Assembly (NCBI GenBank): GCA_039638295.1
Contig: JBDIWJ010000027.1
Coordinates: 1 to 23,617, forward strand
Reading direction: 5' to 3'
DNA from: Candidatus Phoenicimicrobium oleiphilum
Lineage (GTDB): Bacteria > Atribacterota > Phoenicimicrobiia > Phoenicimicrobiales > Phoenicimicrobiaceae
DNA length: 23,617 bases
Under the pieces are notes generated by a model. That model was not told the origin of the DNA. It saw only the letters and a program-made list of their open reading frames with translations, and ran no database searches. The position numbers and the translations under genes are program-made. Positions 17,452 to 23,617 of this stretch are shown here, piece after piece; positions within the stretch are counted from its first letter, which is position 1; the number at the start of each line of letters is the position of its first letter.

Positions 17452-17575
17452 GTAAGGGCAGATTTTGCATCTGCCCTTAATAATTTTCTTATCTTTCTTG
17501 ACCTGTCGGATTTATCCCACCCCTGTTATCTATCTGGATATTTTTTCTAGCGGGCTCGATGAATCGAGCCTCTAC
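17452..17575. repeat. Cluster of REP-like hairpins (the first may also terminate the symporter transcript)
   Basis: + GTAA-GGGCAGAT-TTTGC-ATCTGCCC (17452); degenerate copy at 17505-17525; - GTAG-AGGCTCGAT-TC-ATCGAGCCC-G (17575-17551). Confidence 0.72.
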
Positions 17576-17629
17576 TTCTGACTGCAGGATTTCATTTCTT
17601 ACACGTAATACTCAATGCAAAGAAAATTT

Positions 17630-17658
17630 TAGACAAGCATCTTAAAATATGATAAAAT
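17630..17658 (+). promoter_or_regulatory. Sigma70 promoter of proS
   Basis: TAGACA-17 nt-TAAAAT with extended TG at 17650-17651. Confidence 0.65.
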
Positions 17659-17733
17659 TTTTAATAAATTAAATATAATACAAATATATAATAAGGCTAT
17701 AACAAGAGAAGGAATAAATGAGGAGGAGCATCG

Positions 17734-19182
17734 GTGGAAAGAGATATAGAATTTGTTAAAGAAATTGCCTCAAAAGAGAAGGACTTTTCACAATGGTATG
17801 TGGATGTAGTAAGAAAAGCTGAATTAGCTGATTATACTTCCATAAAAGGTTGTATGGTAATCAGGCCTTATGGATATGGTTTATGGGAAAATATGCAATC
17901 AGGTTTAGACAGAAGAATTAAAGAAACCGGGCATAAGAATGCTTATTTTCCTTTATTTATCCCCGAGAGTTTATTAAAGAAAGAAGCAGAGCATGTAGAA
18001 GGATTTGCCCCTGAAGTGGCCTGGGTTACTTATGGTGGAAGCCAGAAATTAGAAGAAAGGATGGCTGTCCGTCCCACCTCGGAAGCCATTATCTGCAGCC
18101 TCTATTCTAAATGGGTAAAATCCTGGCGAGACCTTCCTATCCTTTTAAATCAATGGGTAAATATTGTGCGCTGGGAGAAAGTGACCCGCTTGTTTTTAAG
18201 GACTACCGAATTTCTCTGGCAGGAAGGCCACACCGCCCATAAGACCAAGCAGGAGGCAGAAGAAGAGACCTTAAAGATATTACATCAGGTCTATCGAGAT
18301 TATATAGAAAATGACCTGGCTATTCCGGTAATTGTAGGGAAAAAGACTGAAAAGGAAAAATTTGCTGGTGCTTTACATACTTATACCTTAGAGGCTCTGA
18401 TGACTGATGGTAAAGTTTTACAAGCGGGGACATCTCATAATCTGGGACAAAATTTTGCCAAGGCCTTTAATATCAAATATTTAGATGAAGACCAACAAGA
18501 AAAATATGTCTGGCAGACTTCCTGGGGGACTACCACCCGATTAATCGGAGCTATAGTTATGGTACATGGTGATGAACGCGGTTTAAAATTACCTCCCAAA
18601 GTCGCCCCTATTCAAGTAATTATAGTGCCTATTATGTTCGATAAGACTAAGAAAGAAGTTTTAGAAAAAGCTGAGAGCATCAGAACTATTTTAAAAAGAG
18701 ATTTTCGAGTAGAAATCGATGCTCGAGATGAATATACTCCTGGTTGGAAATTTAACGAATGGGAGATGAAAGGTGTCCCCCTAAGATTAGAAATTGGACC
18801 TAAAGATTTAGCCAGTGGGCAAGTAGTGCTGGCGAGAAGAGATAGCAGGGAAAAGATGGCAGTAAAAGAAGAAAAATTAGTGGAAACCGTAAAGGAGTTA
18901 TTGGATAAAATTCAGGTAAATCTTCTGGAGAAAGCTAAGAAATTTTTGCAGGAGAATATTCGGGAAGTTTCAGATTATAGTGAGTTTAAAGAAGTAATAG
19001 AAAAGAAAAAGGGTTTAATCAAGACACATTGGTGTGGGAATAAGGATTGTGAAGATAAAATAAAAGAGGAGACTAAAGCAAGTATCAGATGCATTCCTTT
19101 TGAACAAGAAGAGATTTCGGGTAAATGTATTTATTGTGGTAATGAATCTTCTACTTTAGTATATTTTGCCCGAGCTTATTAA
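17734..19182 (+). CDS. proS: Proline--tRNA ligase, archaeal/eukaryotic type
   Basis: RPTSE, motif 2 VRWE...LRTTEFLWQEGH, QAGTSHNLGQNF, SWGTTTR, anticodon domain GWKFNEWEMKGVP, C-terminal Cys4 Zn site, terminal ARAY. GTG start with SD GAGGAGG. Confidence 0.97.
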   Translation: MERDIEFVKEIASKEKDFSQWYVDVVRKAELADYTSIKGCMVIRPYGYGLWENMQSGLDRRIKETGHKNAYFPLFIPESLLKKEAEHVEGFAPEVAWVTYGGSQKLEERMAVRPTSEAIICSLYSKWVKSWRDLPILLNQWVNIVRWEKVTRLFLRTTEFLWQEGHTAHKTKQEAEEETLKILHQVYRDYIENDLAIPVIVGKKTEKEKFAGALHTYTLEALMTDGKVLQAGTSHNLGQNFAKAFNIKYLDEDQQEKYVWQTSWGTTTRLIGAIVMVHGDERGLKLPPKVAPIQVIIVPIMFDKTKKEVLEKAESIRTILKRDFRVEIDARDEYTPGWKFNEWEMKGVPLRLEIGPKDLASGQVVLARRDSREKMAVKEEKLVETVKELLDKIQVNLLEKAKKFLQENIREVSDYSEFKEVIEKKKGLIKTHWCGNKDCEDKIKEETKASIRCIPFEQEEISGKCIYCGNESSTLVYFARAY

Positions 19183-19214
19183 AATATTACATTAAATTAA
19201 AGGAGGGTTCAAAA

Positions 19215-19475
19215 ATGGCTGAAGTATTTGTGGGAAAAGTAACTGATTACTTTGCTAAAATAGGAGTTGCCGCTTTAGTTATAGAAAACGGGGAATTATA
19301 TTTAGGCGATACCATTCATTTTATTGGACATACTACTGATTTTGAACAGCAAATAAATTCTATGCAGATTGAACATCAGGCAGTAGAGTCTGCTAAGACT
19401 GGCGATGCAGTAGGCATAAAAGTAAAAGATAGAGTTCGCCATGGGGACAAAGTATATAAAGTCACCGCTTCTTAG
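19215..19475 (+). CDS. Small translation-factor-like beta-barrel protein (EF-Tu domain II / U32 C-terminal-like)
   Basis: VGKVTDYFAKIGVA, GDTIHFIG, SMQIEH, AKTGDAVGIKV and VRHGDKVYK; SD AAGGAGG. Confidence 0.75.
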   Translation: MAEVFVGKVTDYFAKIGVAALVIENGELYLGDTIHFIGHTTDFEQQINSMQIEHQAVESAKTGDAVGIKVKDRVRHGDKVYKVTAS

Positions 19476-19613
19476 AACCATTTACTATTATTTACCTAAA
19501 GAAGCGCGTACGTACAACTTCTTATTATAGTTTATTTAATTATTATTGCTTCTAATACCATCTCTATAACTATTTTTTCGATATGTGTAAAAAGAAATAA
19601 TTAAATAGAATAA

Positions 19614-20396
19614 TTATTTCTTTTTATCTTCCTGGGATATATATTTTTCCAAAAAAGGTTTGATTAGGTCGATAGGCAAGGGAAATATAGTAGTAGAGTT
19701 TTTCTCAGTAGCTACTTCGGTCAAGGTCTGTAAATATCTTAATTGTAAAGCTGTGGGATGTTTGGCAATTCTTTCTGCAGCTTTAACCAATTTTTCTGAG
19801 GCCTCATATTCTCCTTCAGCATGAATTATCTTTGCTCTTCTTTCTCTTTCTGCCTCTGCCTGTTTAGCCATTGCCCTTTTCATACCTTCTGGTAATTCAA
19901 TATCCTTTGTTTCTACTGCGGTTACCTTAATTCCCCAGGGACCAGTATGCTCATCAACAATCTTTTGCAAGGTTTGATTTATTTTTTCTCTTTGTGATAA
20001 TAATTCGTCTAATTCCATCTGTCCCAGGACACTACGCAAAGTAGTCTGGGCAATTTGGGAGGTAGCATTGATAAAATTTTGTACTTCTACTACCGCATTT
20101 TCTGGATTCACTACTCTAAAGTAGATGACCGCATTCACTTTAATCGGGACCGTATCTTTGCTAATTACTTCTTGGGCCGGGACATCCATAGTTATAATCC
20201 GAAGACTTACCCTCACCATTCTATCTACAATAGGTATAAGTAGAATCAACCCTGGCCCCTTAGCACCAACCAATCTTCCCAATCTGAATACAACTCCCCT
20301 TTCGTATTCTCGGAGTATTTTTATAGCCTGAGATAATATTATAAGAATTATTATTAAAATCCCCAAATAAATTTGTAGATTATAAATTATATTCAT
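19614..20396 (-). CDS. Stomatin-like SPFH/band 7 (slipin) protein
   Basis: [45 protein letters not shown] and LQLRYLQTL. Confidence 0.95.
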   Translation of the reverse strand: MNIIYNLQIYLGILIIILIILSQAIKILREYERGVVFRLGRLVGAKGPGLILLIPIVDRMVRVSLRIITMDVPAQEVISKDTVPIKVNAVIYFRVVNPENAVVEVQNFINATSQIAQTTLRSVLGQMELDELLSQREKINQTLQKIVDEHTGPWGIKVTAVETKDIELPEGMKRAMAKQAEAERERRAKIIHAEGEYEASEKLVKAAERIAKHPTALQLRYLQTLTEVATEKNSTTIFPLPIDLIKPFLEKYISQEDKKK

Positions 20397-21715
20397 TTAA
20401 TCGACTCCTTTCGTTTATATTTTTTTACTATTAGACTAAGGTCTTTTATTTCTAATACTTCTACCTCTTCTCCTTCTTTAACAGCTTCACCCTTGGTAGA
20501 AGCCTGCCATCTTTCTCCATGGATAAAGATAGTACCTTCTGGGTCAAGATCAGTTTTAGCAATACCTACTTTTCCAACAAGACCCTCTCTGCCAGTAACT
20601 GGCTTTTTCCATTGAATCTTAATCCCTTTACTTAAAGCGAATACAAAAAAAGCTGCGGTAGCTATAGACATAGAGATAATCAATCCTAAAGAGATTCTTA
20701 AGAAAGGAGCTGTGGCTTTAGATAACATAAAAGAACCTAAAATAAGAGAAGTTACTCCACCGGCGGTAAGAAGCCCAAAAGTAGGGGTATATATTTCTAT
20801 AACGAAAAGCACAATTCCAAAGATAATCAGGAGAAGACCTCCATAATTTATTGGTATGCTCTGGAAGGCAACAAAGGCTAAGATAAGAGATATTCCTCCT
20901 ACAATTCCCGGGAAGAAAGAACCAGGATGACTGAATTCACCCAAAATACCGTAAAGTCCTAAGAACAATAAAATATAAGCTACATTGGGATTGGTTAAGG
21001 AATGGAGAAATAAATCTTTAAAAGTCATCTTTATAGGGATTATTTCTGCGTCTTTGGTCCTAAGCACCTTTGTTTCACTTGCAGTATCCACCTTTACTCC
21101 ATCAATAATTTCTATTAATTCATCTAAATCATTGGCGATAAATTCTATTACTCCGATCTCTATAGCTTCCTGTTCTGTAATAGATACACTTTCTCTTACA
21201 GCCTTTTCCGCCCACTGGGCATTTCTTCCCCTCTTTTCAGCAATAGTCTTAATATAGGCTGCGGCATCATTTTCCATTTTAGCCTTCATTTCTTCATCAA
21301 TCTCCCCTTCACCTAAAGCTACAGGGTGAGCAGCACCAATATTAGTTCCTGGAGCCATAGCAGCAATATTACTGGCTAAGGTGATAAATACTCCTGCTGA
21401 AGCTGCTCTACCACCGGATGGAGAGACATAAACTATAATGGGGATTGTGGAATTTAATATCTTTTTTATAATATCCCTCATTGAGGTATCCAATCCCCCT
21501 GGTGTATCTAATTGCAGAATTAAACATTCTGCTCCTTCTGCCTCTGCACTTTCAATCCCACCGACTACATATTGAGAGGTAATAGGGTTTATCATACCGT
21601 TTAGTTGGAGAAGATAAATAGATGGCTTGGAATTAGCATAATTTCCTTTAAGAGAGCAAGAGAAAATAAGTATTAAAATAAGGCAGAAAATGAATATTTT
21701 TATTTTCATCTTCAT
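20393..21715 (-). CDS. nfeD: Long NfeD (STOPP) membrane serine protease
   Basis: LDTPGGL, RAASAG (catalytic Ser), [12 protein letters not shown] segments, C-terminal OB-fold (GERWQA). ATGA overlap with the SPFH gene. Confidence 0.93.
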   Translation of the reverse strand: MKMKIKIFIFCLILILIFSCSLKGNYANSKPSIYLLQLNGMINPITSQYVVGGIESAEAEGAECLILQLDTPGGLDTSMRDIIKKILNSTIPIIVYVSPSGGRAASAGVFITLASNIAAMAPGTNIGAAHPVALGEGEIDEEMKAKMENDAAAYIKTIAEKRGRNAQWAEKAVRESVSITEQEAIEIGVIEFIANDLDELIEIIDGVKVDTASETKVLRTKDAEIIPIKMTFKDLFLHSLTNPNVAYILLFLGLYGILGEFSHPGSFFPGIVGGISLILAFVAFQSIPINYGGLLLIIFGIVLFVIEIYTPTFGLLTAGGVTSLILGSFMLSKATAPFLRISLGLIISMSIATAAFFVFALSKGIKIQWKKPVTGREGLVGKVGIAKTDLDPEGTIFIHGERWQASTKGEAVKEGEEVEVLEIKDLSLIVKKYKRKESIK

Positions 21716-21777
21716 ATCTCCTTTTCCCGGGAGGGAGAAGGTTAAAACTAAGAAGATAGATTATTATTTGCATAATT

Positions 21778-21786
21778 ATTATAGCA
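21778..21786 (-). promoter_or_regulatory. Extended -10 for the nfeD operon
   Basis: Minus strand TGCTATAAT about 60 bp upstream of nfeD. Confidence 0.55.
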
Positions 21787-21802
21787 CAATTTTTATAAAA
21801 TA

Positions 21803-21829
21803 GCAGGAATTTTTGAATAAATGTAGAAT
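21803..21829 (+). promoter_or_regulatory. Sigma-H-like promoter upstream of clp1
   Basis: GCAGGAATT...GTAGAAT, with AGGA and GAAT 17 nt apart; full match to the consensus. Confidence 0.6.
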
Positions 21830-21837
21830 ATAATAAT

Positions 21838-22094
21838 CATATAGTATCGAGTATCGAACATATAGTATATCTTGAAGAGGAAGAGCGTAGAGCGGGCAGG
21901 ATATTAGTTATCCGGTTAGCCAGTTTACCGGTTAAAATACAAGTTGTACGTCTCAGGTTGCGAGTTACAAGTTTTTTATCTTGCATTTTACAACAATAAA
22001 CTGAAAACGGATTGTTTCTATCTGAAAATGAAAGGCTAGTTTTGTATTTTGTATTTAATACTAACGACTATTCACTATTTACTAACGACTAATT
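21838..22094. repeat. Mosaic of degenerate 7- and 8-mer tandem repeats
   Basis: CATATAG/TATCGAG/TATCGAA/CATATAG; AGAGCGT/AGAGCGG; TTAGTTAT/CCGGTTAG/CCAGTTTA/CCGGTTAA; ACAAGTT/GTACGTC/TCAGGTT/GCGAGTT/ACAAGTT; ACTAACG/ACTATTC/ACTATTT/ACTAACG/ACTAATT. Confidence 0.8.
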
Positions 22095-22127
22095 TGTTGA
22101 GCCCGTCGTGATAAATTGGAGTTAAAA

Positions 22128-23228
22128 ATGAATAAAGAAAAATTATCTGAAGAATATTTTATACCTGGTGAGTGGATTGAAATAGCCAATAAAATTTTAA
22201 AAAATAAGGGAGTGATATTAGTATTAGGAGCCACTGATACCGGGAAAAGCGTTTGTACCTTATTATTTGCCAATTATTGGGTTAAACATGGGAGGAGAGT
22301 AGGGATTGTTGATGTAGATATGGGACAATCTGATCTGGGTCCTCCTACTACTATGGGGATGGTAGTGATTAATAAGAGGATAAAATGTTTAGAAGAAGTC
22401 TCACCAGATACTTTATATTTTGTGGGGTCTACCTCACCTATAAATTATTTTTTACCCACTATTTGTGGCACTAAAAAATTAATTAATGAGGGAAAAAAGA
22501 AGGGAGCTGAGATAATAATTGTAGACACAACTGGATTAATAAAAGGGTATCCTGGTCAAACTTTAAAAGAATATATGATTGATATAATTTCTCCTTGCCA
22601 TATTATTGCCCTGCAAAGAAAAGATGAATTAGAACACATTTTAAAAAAATTTATTCAAAATGAAGAGATAATTATCTATCGGTTGTCTCCCTGTGCTGAA
22701 GTAAGAAGAAAGACCTATATTCAACGTCGAGAAATAAGAGAAGAAAAATTTAGAAAATATTTTAAAAACTCTTCATCTTTATCCCTCAATTTGAATGATT
22801 TGATTCTGAGAGGAAGTTATTATTGTTCTGGAATTGCTTTAGAAGAAGAAGATGTACGATTCTTAGAGAAAGTGTTAATGATCGAGGTAATATATGCAGA
22901 AAAAATCTGGGAAGGAATATTTATAATCGTCAAAGGAAGAGCGCCTGAGGGAATTAATGATTTCTTTCAGATTAAAAAAAGATTTAATACTGAAAAAATA
23001 ATTATTACCGAGGAAGATAAATATAAAAATTTGTTAGTTTCCCTTGATAATTATCAGGGATTTGTGGTAAGTTTAGGTATTATTCAGGAAGTTAATTTTA
23101 AAAAGAAATGTCTCACTATTCATACTCCTTTAAAAAATTCTAAGGAGATCTTTGGTCTAAAATTTGGAACTATTAAGATTAGTTTAGATGGTAAAGAACT
23201 GGGTAAAATTCATCCGGGAGAACTATAA
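22128..23228 (+). CDS. Clp1/Grc3/Nol9-family polynucleotide 5'-hydroxyl kinase
   Basis: Walker A GATDTGKS, Walker B DVDMGQS..GPP, FVGSTSP, clasp DTTG and lid RREIREEKFRKYF. Start moved to ATG 22128 (SD GGAG at 22118-22121). Confidence 0.88.
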   Translation: MNKEKLSEEYFIPGEWIEIANKILKNKGVILVLGATDTGKSVCTLLFANYWVKHGRRVGIVDVDMGQSDLGPPTTMGMVVINKRIKCLEEVSPDTLYFVGSTSPINYFLPTICGTKKLINEGKKKGAEIIIVDTTGLIKGYPGQTLKEYMIDIISPCHIIALQRKDELEHILKKFIQNEEIIIYRLSPCAEVRRKTYIQRREIREEKFRKYFKNSSSLSLNLNDLILRGSYYCSGIALEEEDVRFLEKVLMIEVIYAEKIWEGIFIIVKGRAPEGINDFFQIKKRFNTEKIIITEEDKYKNLLVSLDNYQGFVVSLGIIQEVNFKKKCLTIHTPLKNSKEIFGLKFGTIKISLDGKELGKIHPGEL

Positions 23229-23539
23229 TTCGTATCTAGTATCCCCGTTTTCACGGCGACAAGTCTGGTGAATCGTATCTCGTTAAGATGGTTAGCCAGT
23301 TTACCAGTTAAAATACTAATCACAAATTGCAGGTTGCAAGTTTCGAGAAAATACTAAGTACGTAGGGAGCGTATTGCATACACCCTGATGATCTAACAAT
23401 TAATTATTTAATAGACAGGTGAGATGCCTGTCCTACCAATTTGTGAATTGGTGGGTGAATTAATTTTAACTGGTTAACTGTCAAACAGGGTAACCGTGTA
23501 ACCAACTAAATACTAACGACTATTCACTAACGACTAATT
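23229..23539. repeat. Second mosaic of 7/8-mer tandem repeats with embedded hairpins
   Basis: TTCGTAT/CTAGTAT, then palindrome TCCCCGT-tttc-ACGGCGA, then ATCGTAT/CTCGTTA; GGTTAGCCAGTTTACCAGTTAAAATAC; TTGCAGG/TTGCAAG/TTTCGAG; ACTGGTTA/ACTGTCAA/ACAGGGTA/ACCGTGTA; ACTAACG/ACTATTC/ACTAACG/ACTAATT. Confidence 0.8.
23362..23436. repeat. Inverted pair of GTAG-type REP hairpins
   Basis: + GTAG-GGAGCGTAT-TGC-ATACACCC (23362-23385, imperfect); - GTAG-GACAGG-CATCTCA-CCTGTC (23436-23414). Confidence 0.7.
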
Positions 23540-23556
23540 CAATTGGAGTAATCATA

Positions 23557-23617
23557 TTGGAAAAGAAAGAAAAAGAAGGAATAATTTTTGTTATCATTAC
23601 TATTTTTATAGCCGGGG
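23557..23617 (+). CDS. Probable 5' end of a membrane-anchored protein (truncated by the window edge)
   Basis: SD GGAG, TTG start, MEKKEKEGIIFVIITIFIAG (charged N-terminus then hydrophobic). Only 20 codons visible. Confidence 0.4.
   Translation, partial: MEKKEKEGIIFVIITIFIAG

Noticed and set aside
17576..17733. T-box riboswitch upstream of proS
   Set aside because: The promoter leaves only about 70 nt of AT-rich leader, and there is no T-box motif (GGTGGNACCGCG) or terminator.
19499..19525. Bidirectional terminator between convergent genes (AGAAG...CTTCT)
   Set aside because: The stem is too short and imperfect to support a call.
19614..21715. nfeD-stomatin pair as a novel system
   Set aside because: A well-known conserved prokaryotic operon.
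22116..22127. TTG start of clp1 in the ORF track
   Set aside because: The TTG overlaps the GGAG SD that serves ATG 22128.
16174..22273. Nested or antisense ORFs 16174-16419, 16432-16617, 17110-17301, 17134-17409, 20055-20243, 20125-20331, 20985-21257 and 22082-22273
   Set aside because: Shadow frames of the symporter, SPFH, nfeD and clp1 genes.
23229..23300. Integron attC sites around clp1 (GTTAGCC resembles a core site)
   Set aside because: No matching inverse core after the stop codon, no long attC-type hairpin and no integrase. GTTAGCC is part of an 8-mer run.
21838..23539. CRISPR array
   Set aside because: No constant 23-47 bp repeat with regular unique spacers, and no cas genes.

Overview
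AT-rich bacterial chromosomal window (about one-third GC by eye) with the gene content of an anaerobe and Firmicutes-like RBS and promoter signals. Atribacterota is my guess, not shown by the sequence. Genes in order: a minus-strand block (IolI2-like TIM-barrel isomerase, Na/Pi cotransporter, GT2 glycosyltransferase, partial BshB1/PIG-L deacetylase); a divergent Ugp-like ABC operon with no ATPase, followed by a DUF89 phosphatase and an aldo-keto reductase-ferredoxin fusion; DmpA/S58 peptidase; UPF0182 protein; YfcE phosphoesterase; an unannotated C-terminal remnant of an OpuCC-type osmoprotectant-binding protein behind an EctR/CosR-like MarR gene whose promoter carries an EctR-type operator; Asp racemase and Glt-type symporter; archaeal/eukaryotic-type ProRS and a small beta-barrel protein; a NfeD-stomatin pair; and a bacterial Clp1-family polynucleotide kinase. 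The main non-coding signals are (i) a family of GTAG-type REP hairpins with covarying stems, some in inverted pairs, (ii) mosaics of degenerate 7- and 8-mer tandem repeats that recur colinearly on both sides of clp1 and at other gene ends, and (iii) recurrent sigma-H-like promoter motifs. I found no CRISPR array, tRNA, rRNA or intact transposase.
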